From positions 434,001-498,000 of the forward strand of contig JAPEUD010000002.1 of the NCBI GenBank assembly GCA_026026165.1: a stretch of DNA of 64,000 nucleotides. Reading direction: 5' to 3'. The stretch is from Sarea resinae. Its lineage: Eukaryota. The position numbers were made by a program, and so were the translations under genes. A model generated the notes under the pieces. The model did not search any database. It was not told the DNA's origin and worked only from the letters and a program-made list of their open reading frames with translations. Shown here one piece after another: positions 1-11,872 of this stretch. Position 1 is the stretch's first letter. Every line of letters begins with the position of its first letter.

Positions 1-2410
1 GACTAGAGTTGGCTCCTCGTCTTTATCTCTTCGAACGAGTGTGATGTTTTCGCGTACAAGTGGATGCCGTGAGAGATGCGTGTCGATTTCTCCAAGTTCG
101 ATTCTAAAGCCTCGAATCTTGACTTGATCATCTGCGCGCCCAGAACATTCAACATCTCCGGTAGGGGTATACCGTCCGAGATCACCAGTCCTATATAGTC
201 TATCACGAGGACCTTGATAAAACTCTCTCCATGGCTCCGATGTGTTCTGAGCTCTCCTCCGATCCTCTTCAACCCATTTCTGGGGATCCACAAACCATGT
301 CTTGACGAATTTGGTTTCTGTCAGCTCCGGCATTCCCAGGTATCCTTCTGCAAGACCACCAGCGCGGACATAAATCTCCCCAACCTCGCCAACGCCGCAT
401 AATTTCGACCGATCAAAGCGATTGACAACCAGCAGCTGAACATCTTGCATGCCCTTTCCAGCAGGAATAACGTCTTTCATGCTGTCAAGGTAGGTCGAGT
501 CTTGGTTCCAGCTTGGAATCTCATAATAACTCACGGCTCTTTGCGTTTCGGTAGTTCCGTACATGTTCACTACATTTACATTTGGTGCCAAGCGCTGTAG
601 GAGTCGACAATCTCGTTTAATCAAAATATCCCCCACGAAGAAAGCGTGATGCAAAGACGGAAACTCTGCTGTAGCTCCCCCAACCAGGATTTGGCCCATA
701 GCGGGAGTGAGATGGCAGACTGTAGGGCGGTGCTCACGCATCCACTCTGCTAATCTCTCGTTCTGTATGTCTTCTCGAGATGGCACCAGAAGTTGGGCTC
801 CGAGGAATAATGGAGTGAACATGTCTCTCTGAATTGGGTCATGTGCAATGCCACTTAGCATGGTAAAACGATCGTCTTGGTTCAGATGGAATCGCTGGCT
901 CATCCAGGGAAAATAGTAGGCAAGCGAGAAATGGCGTCCCCTGACCCCTTTCGGTCGACCTTCAGAGCCGGATGTGAATGAAAGAGTAGGGGTCGAATCA
1001 GGTCCAACGACTACTCCTGGAGGTTTACCCTTAAGAGACGTCTGCGGTGCAAGCACATCCTGGCCCCCAATCATGCCACCCAGTAACGAACCATCATCTT
1101 TCAAGATGAGGGATGGTACCTCCGCCCGAAGTTCCAGGTTTGTGTCAATAAAAGACCGTACCTTCTCAGAAAGCTCGCCTGCTTCTCGACTAGCCTTCTC
1201 AATGACCACCAGAGCTCGGGGACGAGCAACATCAAGATAGATGTTTTGTCTATCAGGTGGATAGGCAGGATCAATAACGGAGAAAGCAGCGCCAGCTTTC
1301 AGAGCTCCCATAACGGCAACGACCAGATCAACGCCTCGGTGTGCGTAAATCATCACCACTTCGTCCCTCTGAACCCCGGACTGAACAAAATGATGTGCTA
1401 GAATATTTGAAGCTTCGTTGATCTGTTTGTAAGTGAATTGCCGATGAGAGGAGGAACTAGATGCTGTTTCCACGACACACAGTCTTTCTGGATGCTTCTC
1501 AGCGTTCGCTGTAAAAATGTCCTGTATAGCACCCCGGAAGTCGCTCCAGTGTAGATCATTTGTTGGCTCTGGAAGAATGGCCGATTGCGCATCCGTAATC
1601 AGGTTGATTCGGCCCAAGGATTCCTGAGGGTTCAGGGAAGCGAGCTCTACTACTTGGCACAACTGTTGCAGAACAGCAGATATTCTAGCGCTCGAAAAGA
1701 GTCGCTGATTGTAATATGCTCGCAACTCAAAAGGGGCCCCCTGACCGGCTCCATTGCCTCTGCTAGTTTGAGCATCTGCTACCGCGAAGCTAGGTCTTGA
1801 GAGGTATATGACGAGGTCGCTCGTACTCGAAGCACTGGACAAAAGCTCTCGAGAGGGCGCATGTGAAGCCTGGTATAGAGCAAAATGAAAAAGCGTGGGA
1901 GCCTTGTCAGACTTGGATGCGCGCTGGAGATGCGAGACTAAGTCCGATAGCGATACTGGGTCGGCAGAGCAGGCTGTGAATTCCTACAGAGTCATTAGCG
2001 GGCTCCGGGACTAGATCCTGCCCTCTTACCTTGTTCAATCTACCTAGGAGCTCCGTGAAGGGCTCACTTGCTGTCACCGGCGTCCGCACAACAAAAGGGT
2101 TCCCATCTTCAGCACTAGTCCCCAGAGCCACATTCTCGTCTCCGGTTAGTCTGCTCACCAACAATGCCAGCGCCGTAAGCAGAACGGTGAAGGAGGAGTG
2201 AGATTGGTTTCCATCGGTGAGTTCCAGTTGCTGAAGAGCATCCTGAGTACTCTGAGGCAGAGATAAGGTTAGGCAAGCCTCAATTGGCCGTCTGACGGAC
2301 TCTGCTTCGCTTTGGGCAGGCTCCGGGTAATCTCTCGTCAGTGGAGAGACAGTCAGGCTCTTCAGCCGTTCCGCCCAACGGGCGAGAGGCGTGTCAAGAG
2401 AGGAATCCAT
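1..2410 (-). CDS. lys2: L-2-aminoadipate reductase large subunit (NRPS-like A-T-R enzyme); 5' part only, runs off the left edge
   Basis: ATG at 2410 (MDSSLDTPLARWAERL), intron 1984-2029 (GTAAGA...GCTAAT...TAG). The minus frame then stays open and contains adenylation motifs LSFTSGSEGRPKGV, SGIAHDPIQRD, FVGDILIKRDC and VNMYGTTETQRAVS, typical of Lys2. Confidence 0.95.
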
Positions 2411-2624
2411 TGCTCCCAACGTGATAGCGTACGACGGCTACCTCAGGATGCAATGGGTTTTAGAATGTTTTGATTCAGAGTGGGGGAGGGAGGAGGGAAG
2501 GGAGGAGGGAGACGAGGGGCAATGACACACAATCGCACAATCGTAACTTTTCTCTAAATTTCGTATTTCGTACCTGAAATCCGGGGAAGTCTCGCTCCGG
2601 CGTCGGAGTGATAGTGAATAGCGA

Positions 2625-2631
2625 TGACTCA
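2625..2631. promoter_or_regulatory. Gcn4/CpcA (cross-pathway control) element TGACTCA
   Basis: Perfect ATGACTCA about 215 bp upstream of the lys2 ATG; amino-acid biosynthesis genes are classic Gcn4/CpcA targets. Confidence 0.6.
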
Positions 2632-3029
2632 GGACTTAGTAATGCAGCATCGCGTCTCAACGACGGCGGACTCCACTCCCAATTCGAAGTGCTAAGTAGC
2701 GTAGGTACTTCTAAAGTAGCGTCTAGGCTATCCTTACGCCGAAATCGACTTCAAACGTACTCACTCTCTATCCGTCGCAAGACCAAAGGGTCTAAACGTC
2801 GAAACCTCCACTCTTCTGTACTCTATCAGGGCTCTCTCCCGAATCCTTCACAGCGCCTGCTTACGCCTTTGTTCGAATATATGTATTTGCGAATACTGAC
2901 ACGGTAGGAGGCCCTCACTGAGATCTGTATCAACGGGGATCTCACGGGCATCGAGAGGCCAGCCAGCCTGGCCCCTAGCATTCACATCTGCGTCCGCGCC
3001 CCTTGGTCATCACTCCTTTTGACTCGACG

Positions 3030-4925
3030 ATGCCGGTACAACGCACTGTCTTCGGCCAAGTGGTCAGTCTCTCACGCCATATGCCTCCACGAAGGATCAT
3101 CTCGGCTTGCGGTGTTATAGCTTTTTTCGCCGTTGCGACTCTCATCTTCGCCATACCTTCAACCATACCAATACCTTCGAGCCTCTCAGACAGCGGAGTC
3201 CCGCATGTCCCCCATATATCGCGTCCCAAGTTGCCAAGTATCAGCAATCCTTTCCGGGCCATGGCCCATGAACCTCCTGTTCAGGCTAACAGCACGAGTG
3301 GGGAGGCAAAATGGTACAGCGACTGGAAGTGGATGAATCCTTTTTCTTCTTCGATCACGCTGGATGAGGACAGATCGGTTCTACCGCCGCTGTCTAAGAG
3401 GCCACCAATATATACTTTCTACGATACCAGCACCCAAAAGGACGAGGCGTCGCGCGATGCTGAAAGTAAGATCCTGCTGGCATGGAGACGCGCATGGTGG
3501 GCCCAAGGATTTCGACCAGTGGTTCTGGGGAGGCCTGAAGCAATGAACAACCCCTTCTACGAGAGACTCCAAGGGCTGAAGCTTGAGACTGCCATGGAGT
3601 CAGAGCTAGTAAGATGGCTGGCGTGGGGACATATGGGCACAGGCATCCTTGCGAATTGGCTCGCCTTCCCAATGGCCTCCCACGAAGACCACCTACTCAC
3701 CTATCTCCGCCGAGGCGAGTACCCCAAGCTCACGAGATACGAAGGCCTAGGCAGTGGTCTTTTCTGCGGCGAAAAGACTGCCATCAATGCTGCCCTAAAG
3801 AAAGCTCTCGAAAACCCCGATGTCACCCATTCAAAGTCCATCATCGACGCCGTACCTCGAGACGATTTCGATGTCGATCCGGAGCACAGCAGCATTGCCT
3901 TTTACGACGCCACGACCATAACGACCAAATACAAGGTCATCGCCGAGAAACTTGCCATCTCCGGGTCCGAAGGGCTTGCTCTCCTACCGCAACTCATAAA
4001 CTCCCACCTACACACAATCTTCCAAAACGAATTCTCCGAGGGAATCGCCGTACTCCATCCCCTGCCAAAATTTACCACCGCGCTTGTCGAGCCCGCACTC
4101 CAGATTGCGCACCACCTCGCTCAATGCTCCGATTCTCCCATTCCGTCCTCCTGCCCACCCAATCGTCCAAAATGCCGCCCTTGCCTCGCTTCTCACCCCC
4201 TTCCAATCGACAATCCCCCCACCTTTCGCAATACTTCAACTCGCTTCATCATCGCCACCGTACCTCACCCGTACACTCTCACATCCATGACCTCGCAACG
4301 CGAGACTTTGGATGTCCGCTTCATTCGCCGTAATACAGACAGAGACACTTGGATCACTTCTGTCACGAAAGCCCTGCTTGGCACAGGAATGGGCGGGCCC
4401 GGCCGCATCGTTCGTCTGAAAGCCGCAGTGGCATCGGAATGGGGACACGCTCACTCACTCTGGCTTCCTGCTGAGGCCGTCGCAGCTGAATCCGAGTCCC
4501 CATCCGCCCACGATAAGATTCCCGTAGGACTAGACTGGCACTTTGGCTTCACGCTACCTTTAAACGACACCGACAAAGGCCACAGCAACACTCCCGTACC
4601 TGGTCCAGAACGCCAACCTCCAAAACCAGCCCCGAAAGTGCCCCCGCCTTCCCCTTCCGAACTCGCATCCCAGAAAAACCTTCTTGACAAGGCGCGCGCG
4701 GTGCTTGAAGATTCATCAGCACCCAAACGGAGGGTCAGAGCCATGGTCGAAGGGTGGAATCTAGCAGATACAGAAGCATGGCGCTTTGTGCGAGCCTTAA
4801 GAGCCAGAGAGGAAGTGGAGCGACGCAAATGGGAGGAAGAGGAACGGAAGTTCGCCGGTGGTGCAGGAGCGGATGGAGGTGAGGATGAGGGATGGGGCGG
4901 ATGGTTTGACAGGAGGGGAACATGA
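3030..4925 (+). CDS. Conserved fungal type II membrane protein of unknown function (GT32-like remnant, see findings)
   Basis: Intronless ~630 aa ORF (first ATG 3030, alternative 3081). N-terminal hydrophobic anchor IISACGVIAFFAVATLIFAI, then a globular region with PIYTFYD, LLAWRRAWWAQGFRPVVLG, RWLAW and a C-terminal WNLADTEAWRF. Confidence 0.8.
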   Translation: MPVQRTVFGQVVSLSRHMPPRRIISACGVIAFFAVATLIFAIPSTIPIPSSLSDSGVPHVPHISRPKLPSISNPFRAMAHEPPVQANSTSGEAKWYSDWKWMNPFSSSITLDEDRSVLPPLSKRPPIYTFYDTSTQKDEASRDAESKILLAWRRAWWAQGFRPVVLGRPEAMNNPFYERLQGLKLETAMESELVRWLAWGHMGTGILANWLAFPMASHEDHLLTYLRRGEYPKLTRYEGLGSGLFCGEKTAINAALKKALENPDVTHSKSIIDAVPRDDFDVDPEHSSIAFYDATTITTKYKVIAEKLAISGSEGLALLPQLINSHLHTIFQNEFSEGIAVLHPLPKFTTALVEPALQIAHHLAQCSDSPIPSSCPPNRPKCRPCLASHPLPIDNPPTFRNTSTRFIIATVPHPYTLTSMTSQRETLDVRFIRRNTDRDTWITSVTKALLGTGMGGPGRIVRLKAAVASEWGHAHSLWLPAEAVAAESESPSAHDKIPVGLDWHFGFTLPLNDTDKGHSNTPVPGPERQPPKPAPKVPPPSPSELASQKNLLDKARAVLEDSSAPKRRVRAMVEGWNLADTEAWRFVRALRAREEVERRKWEEEERKFAGGAGADGGEDEGWGGWFDRRGT

Positions 4926-5401
4926 TCCATTGATTCAATAGGATTGCTTTCCCTTGTCTTCTTTTCTTGTCTTGGATTCTCGAGCTGTCGTGTAAAGTGT
5001 ATCGCTACGGCGTCTGGCATGGGCATCGGCATCCTGTCATATACTTTCCCTATTCCTCCGTCTCTTTTCCTCTCTCTCTCTCACTGTTCTAATTTGCACA
5101 TTTGTACCTATACCATTATAGAAGAAAATGACAGCACCCTCATACCTAGAAGGTGTGGGGAACATGATCTATCGAGGCTTGGATGGTTCAATCTGGTACT
5201 GACTCTTTCAGGTATTTGTCCTAATAGGTCGCAAGTTGTAAGTCGTAGAGCGTTTTCATATCTATAATATATTGAGACCGTAACTGCAAAGTCTCTTGTA
5301 TATATGCCTTCGTACCTCGCTCAAAAATACCACGACCACGGCAGAATTTGTACCCGCTTTTAGTAATGACGCCTCGGCCCTCAAGGGGAGGCCGGCCTGG
5401 A

Positions 5402-5419
5402 CTTATCGGGGATCCCCGC
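5402..5419. promoter_or_regulatory. UaY/Ppr1-type site TCGG-N6-CCG overlapping an AreA GATA site
   Basis: CTTATCGGGGATCCCCGC: TCGG(5406-5409)-GGATCC-CCGC. CTTATC is GATAAG on the minus strand; a second GATAAG lies at 5485-5490. About 280 bp upstream of hxA. Confidence 0.6.
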
Positions 5420-5692
5420 CAAAACAATAGCGCCGCTCCCCACCAAACACTCAGATATCGGAGATCAGCGGTCGCCATCGCCACGATAAGCAATTATGAC
5501 CTGCACGCCCAGACTAGGGAAATCATATTGTTACTACATACACCCTTTATTAATCTAATTCTTCTTTCTTTGATTCTCTCATTCCTGAAGGAATTCGAAA
5601 AGCATGCTACGCGGATTGCCACATCCAGACAACTCTAGCATTCCGGGGGCGAAACGACGGCATCCACCTCGAAAGCCATCCAAACCCCCAAA

Positions 5693-8600
5693 ATGGCTCC
5701 AGGGCGAATCGAGCCAGCCGTTCCGGCAGAGTCTACTCGTTCTCTATCATCAGTGACGGCGGGCTATGATGATACAATCCGCTTTTATCTCAATGGCACG
5801 AAAGTGGTGCTGGAGTCGATCGATCCCGAGATCACACTGCTGGAGTATCTTCGAGGCATCGGTCTGACGGGGACGAAGCTAGGATGTTCCGAGGGCGGCT
5901 GTGGTGCTTGCACGGTCGTATGTGAAGAATAACTCTGATCACAGGGATCGAAAGACTGACTGCTGTAGGTCGTGTCGCAATACAACCCGACTACCAAGAA
6001 GATCTATCATGCATCCGTCAACGCATGCCTGGCGCCTGTCGTCAGCGTCGATGGGAAACATGTTATTACAGTGGAGGGAATCGGGAATGTCAACCGGCCG
6101 CATCCCACTCAGGAGCGGATAGCATTGGGCAATGGCAGCCAGTGTGGGTTCTGTACGCCTGGCATCGTCATGAGTCTATATGCTCTCTTGCGAAACAATC
6201 CAGAACCTTCCGAACATGATGTAGAAGAAGCTTTTGATGGCAATCTCTGCCGTTGCACTGGATATCGACCGATTCTCGATGCCGCCCATAGTTTTGGTTC
6301 GCAGAAAGCCTGCGGGAAGTCCACAGCTAATGGGGGAAAGGGCTGCTGCATGGAGAATGGCAATAAGGCTGGATGCTGCAAGAAAGCATCGGATGGCGTG
6401 GATGCTGATTCCATGCCCTTCAAGAGATTCACACCTCCCGGGCTCATTAAATACAATCCGGAAACGGAACTCATATTTCCCCCGCCGCTGACGAAGCACC
6501 AATTCAAGCCACTTGCCTTTGGCAATAAACGCAAGAGATGGTTCAGGCCCGTCACCTTGCAACAGCTCCTGGAAATAAAAAGTGCGTATCCATCTGCTAA
6601 AATAATCGGAGGTAGCACAGAAACGCAGATCGAGATCAAATTCAAGTCAATGCAGTATACAGCTTCGGTCTTTGTTGGCGACATACCAGAGTTGAGACAG
6701 TACTCATTCAAGGAAGATCATCTCGAGATTGGTGGCAATGTTATATTGACTGATCTCGAGGACATCGCAAGACAGGCCATTGAGCATTACGGGCCTATCA
6801 AGGGGCAGCCTTTCGCGGCCATCTTAAAGCAACTTCGGTATTTCGCTGGAAGGCAGATTCGAAACGTTGGTACACCCGCTGGCAATCTTGCCACGGCTTC
6901 TCCCATATCTGATCTCAATCCGGTCTTTGTCGCATCCAATGCCGTGCTTATAGCGAAAAGCTTAGACAAGGAGACTAAGATCCCAATGTCTGAGTTTTTC
7001 CAAGGCTATAGAACGACGGCACTTCCTACGGATGCTATCATTGCAAGCTTGCGAATACCTGTCTCCAGCACAAAGGGGGAATTCTTCCAGGCCTATAAAC
7101 AAGCAAAACGACAAGATGACGACATTGCCATCGTAAATGCAGCTCTTCGGCTCTCGTTGAAGGACGATTATACGGTTGAAAGTGCCGATCTGATCTACGG
7201 TGGCATGGCGCCTACCACAATCGCAGCCAAGCAAGCCACATCATATATTCTCGGCAAAAAGCTCACAAATCCTTCCACTCTTGAGGGAGTCATGAATGCT
7301 CTGGAAAAAGACTTCGATCTTCGATTCGGCGTACCTGGTGGTATGGCAATATACCGGAAATCTTTGGCTCTCGGATTCTTTTACAAATTCTACCATGTGG
7401 TTCTTTCGCAACTAGAGGTCAAGGAGTCGGACGTGGATCTGGAAGCTATCGGAGAGATCGAACGAATCATATCGACAGGCAAGAAGGATCATTCCGCTAC
7501 TCTAGCCTATGAACAGCGAGTACTTGGGAAAGCTCAACCACATGTCGCAGCTATGAAGCAATGTACCGGGGAGGCCCAGTATACGGACGATATTCCTTTG
7601 CAAAAGAATGAGCTCTATGGAACCCTTGTGCTCTCTACGAGACCCCATGCGAAGATACTCAGCGTTGACTACTCACCGGCAATGGAATTGCCAGGGGTGG
7701 TGGACTGGGTGGACCACACCGATCTTCCAAGTCCAGAGGCCAATTGGTGGGGAGCGCCGAACTGTGACGAGGTATTCTTCGCCGTCGACGAAGTCTTCAC
7801 CGCCGGCCAGCCCATCGGAATGATCCTTGCTGATTCTGCAAAGCATGCAGAAGCTGCGGCCAAGGTTGTCAAAATCGATTACGAAGATCTACCTGCCATC
7901 TTTACCATAGAGGAAGCCATCGAAAAGGACAGCTTCTTTGACCACTACCGGTACATTAAGAAAGGAGATGTCGAGGATGCTTTCAGCAAGGCTGATCATG
8001 TGTTCTCTGGTGTCACAAGAATGGCTGGACAAGAGCATTTCTATCTGGAAACGAACGCTTGTGTTGTCATCCCCAAACCGGAAGATGGAGAGATTGAGGT
8101 CTACAGCAGTACTCAAAACCCGACGGAGACACAAACTTATATAGCTCAAGTATGCAACGTGTCTGCGAACAAAGTCGTGGCGAAAGTCAAACGACTGGGA
8201 GGTGGGTTTGGAGGCAAGGAAACACGTTCAGTGCAGCTCGCTGCAATTTGTGCCACTGCAGCCCGCAAGAACAAAAAGCCTGTCCGTTGCATGCTCAACC
8301 GGGATGAGGATATGATCATCTCTGGCCAACGACATCCCTTCCTTGGTAGATGGAAAGTAGGTGTCAACAACGACGGAAAAATTGTGGCCCTTGACGCCGA
8401 TGTGTTTAACAATGCAGGGTGGACTCAAGATTTGAGTGGAGCTGTCTGCGATCGGGCGTTATCCCATATCGATGGATGCTACCTCATTCCTAATATCCAC
8501 GTTCGAGGTCGGCTAGCTAAGACTAATACGATGTCGAACACCGCGTTCAGAGGATTCGGCGGTCCGCAGGGGATGTTCATTGCGGAGTCATACATGGAGG

Positions 8601-9959
8601 AAGTGGCAGACCATCTGAAAATGCCGGTCGAAGAATTCCGGCGAATTAACATGTACAGACCCAACGAGATCACGCATTTCAACCAAGAACTCAAAGACTG
8701 GCACGTCCCTTTGATGTACGAACAAGTGCTGCAAGAGGCAGAGTATGACCGAAGACGGAAAGAAATCGACGAGTTTAACAAGACCCATAAGTGGACTAAG
8801 AAGGGGCTTTCTATCATTCCCACGAAATTCGGCATCAGCTTCACGGCAATATTTCTCAATCAAGCCGGTGCCCTCGTCCACATCTACCATGATGGCTCCA
8901 TACTGGTTGCCCACGGTGGCACGGAAATGGGTCAAGGACTGCACACGAAAATGTCGATGATAGCAGCAGAAGCTCTCGGCGTACCCCTCAAAGATGTATT
9001 CATCTCGGAAACCGCCACCAATACCGTAGCTAACACGTCCGCCACCGCGGCTTCGGCATCTAGCGATTTAAATGGTTATGCTATTTTCAATGCCTGCGAA
9101 CAGTTGAACAAGCGTCTGGCCCCATACAGAGAAAAGCTGGGTCCGGACGCCTCGATGAAGGATTTAGCTCACGCCGCATATTTCGACCGCGTGAATTTAT
9201 CCGCGAATGGCCACTACAAGACTCCGGATATCGGCTATGTCTGGGGGCCTAACACAGGCCAAATGTACGGTTTTTCCCATTCCATTACTTTCTCTCTTTC
9301 CTTGTCTTCTCCCCTTCTCCCCACACCGGCCCTTTCTATTCACCATCCCCATTCCTCTGCCTCCGTGCTAAACCTCTGCATACAGGTACTACTACTTCAC
9401 GCAAGGCGTGACCTGCGCCGAAGTGACCATCGACACGCTAACAGGCACCTGGACGTGTCCGCGAGCCGACATCAAAATGGACGTCGGGCGGTCCATCAAC
9501 CCGGCCATCGACTACGGCCAGATCGAAGGCGCCTTCACCCAGGGTCTCGGCCTCTTCACGTGCGAAGAGCCCCTCTGGCACCGCGCCTCGGGCACACTCT
9601 TCACGCGTGGCCCCGGCAACTACAAGATTCCCGGCTTCCGCGACATCCCGCAGGACTGGCGCGTCAGCATCCTCAAAGACGTTGAATGGGCTAATCTCCG
9701 CACGATCCAGCGGTCTCGAGGCGTGGGTGAACCCCCTTTTTTCATGGCGTCGGCCGTCTTCTTTGCCATCCGGGATGCCATCAAGGCCGCGAGGAGACAG
9801 TGGGGTGGTGTTGATGGTGCCGAAGACGGGGTGCTGAGTTTGAGAAGCCCCGCTACGGTTGAGAGGATTAGGTTGGCGTGTGGAGATCCGATCGTGAAAC
9901 GCGCTTGGGTTGAGCCGAGGGAGAGCGAGGACGAGAAGAGTTTCTTTTTGTCTATCTGA
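5693..9959 (+). CDS. hxA: Xanthine dehydrogenase (purine hydroxylase I)
   Basis: join(5693..5917,5969..9264,9386..9959). 2Fe-2S motifs [24 protein letters not shown] and [15 protein letters not shown] domain [15 protein letters not shown]; Moco domain [19 protein letters not shown] and GVGEPP. Confidence 0.97.
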
Positions 9960-10766
9960 TTGCGTTTGCGCTTGGTTTGGTGCCATTTGATGGTTTGGCA
10001 GGGACGGTTGACGACTTTGGAACTTGGTCATGTGCGCAATTTGTACAAGCGAGCAAACATGTTGAAGCCAGTTTGGATTGGAAGTAAATAGATTGGTAGG
10101 TAGATAAAGCGCCAGACCTACATTCGTTTCGATTCGCTCTGTGCATTTCCCTTTTTTTCGGGACCATATTCGTGGCTCTGGCTGTCTGGCTGGCTGTTTG
10201 GCTGTCCGGGCAGTCGAGACTGGTCCCCTCCCTCCCCTTAGCTACCGCCTGCCGGCTTGAAGCTGTTGCTCTTCGCTGCACAAGCCGACTGCCCCCCTGT
10301 CCTTCCCTTCAAGAGGGACAATAAAGCTAGCCACGTTCTTCGCGTTCTGCTTTTGTATGTCTTGGTCTCGTACTTAAATTGGGCACTACAGAGCACGGGC
10401 GTATAACTTGACTTGACTTGCGGGCTTTGGTGGTGGTGACGGGAAGTGCTGATTTGGAGTCGTTCATGAGATGGATCGGTGATTGGAGTTGACATGTGTA
10501 GGCGTTGGTACGATCCCAAACGAGTGATCGGTGAAGCTGTGCGCTTGTGCTGTTCTTTGGTGGTTGATATCCTGTGTTGCCTGAGAAGTCGTTTGTGGGT
10601 TTCTCCATATCGAAAGTCGAGAGATTTTTCCACGAATGCTTGTCCGACGGTTTCTCAAAATCACCTTCGTCCATATGGTCTCGTCATGCGGGAGAAATGT
10701 GTCGCCTCGTCTTTTTCCCGCTCTTCTGTGTCCTTCTCCATTTGGACCGCTTTCATATCCACCCTC

Positions 10767-11470
10767 TCAACCATCTCTACCTTCCTCCATACAGACCCCT
10801 TCCAGTCTCCTCAACCCGTCTAGAACTTCCTTGCCCACCCCAGCAGCACCCGGCCCATTGAACCGTCCGTACCGTAGATCACTTAGGCCAGATACCGTGG
10901 CTTCAATCGAGGCGAGCAGGGTCGAGGCCTCGGTCTCTAGGGACGCGATCTCAGACTCCAGATCAGAAATTGCAGAGGACATCGCGGGAATAAGGGTGGG
11001 GAGTTGATGGTTTGACGCCGGGGCGTGAGACGGGAGATGACTCGTTACGGGGCCAAAGAGCTGTGCGCGCCCGCGTCGTCGGGGTCAGATATGCACTGCA
11101 TGGGTCAAAGATAAGAAGGAGGGGCAACATGTATACGCACTTCCATCTCCATGCGAATCTCACGTCCGTCATTCTCGTCGCCCTGCCCCAGCCCCAGGTC
11201 TCGTCCCGTCTCGGTGAGGCGACGGCGAGCCCGGGCTACCTCGCGCCGCTGCCGATCTCCGCGACGGACTTCGGCCGCGATGTTCTCGATGACTTGGTCC
11301 GTGTCTAGAGCGCGTAGATGTTGGAGCTCATGGTAGAGGTGGGCGATCTGCGGGTGTGATTGCAGCGCGTGCGGGAAGAGGGACGTGAAGCGTTTGAGGG
11401 TGATGATCTGGGGCAGGGGAGCAGGGGGCAGAAGGAAGGATGTGAGGATTTGGGATTCGGTGGGCGGCAT
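10767..11470 (-). CDS. cnl2: Cnl2/Nkp2 family inner kinetochore protein
   Basis: complement join(11141..11470,10767..11060); intron 11061-11140 keeps the frame (EME|LFGPVT...AMSSAISDLESEI). N-terminus MPPTESQILTSFLLPPAPLPQIITL and C-terminal LSDLRYGRF match the family. Confidence 0.8.
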
Positions 11471-11701
11471 GTTTGCAATTGGAAGGAGAAATGAAATGAA
11501 GCTGTGAACGGTGGTGTTGAACGGTAGTGTTGATGACGATATTGTTGATGCTATTACGTCGCGCTGGGCTGGAGGAGGCCGAGGCTAAAGTGGTGATTAC
11601 GGCACGGCAGACGACGCATCATAGCAGTCGCGAAGTCTCGTGTCGATAATAAATCTTTGGAGTGAAGAGCTCGAGCGCATTGATTCGCATTGCAGTGCAG
11701 C

Positions 11702-11736
11702 CAGACAGTCAGACAGCCAGACAGACAGACAGACAG
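11702..11736. repeat. (CAGA)n tetranucleotide microsatellite
   Basis: cagacagtcagacagccagacagacagacagacag in the cnl2/eaf3 divergent intergenic region. Confidence 0.85.
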
Positions 11737-11872
11737 GTCTCCGATAGATCTGCTTCAGACCTCGTTCTCATTCTCAATTCCATCCTCATCGTCAACTGCA
11801 TCTCCACTTCGACCTCAGCTTCATCGCCCTCACCCATCTTCACCATCACCGTCGTCCTCCCGCACGGCCAGG

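Noticed and set aside
1..2410. NRPS secondary-metabolite cluster around the adenylation domain
   Set aside because: The motifs are those of primary-metabolism Lys2 and the neighbours are not tailoring enzymes.
10238..10674. 115-131 aa minus-strand ORFs between hxA and cnl2
   Set aside because: No motifs or splice support; most likely convergent 3' UTR sequence.
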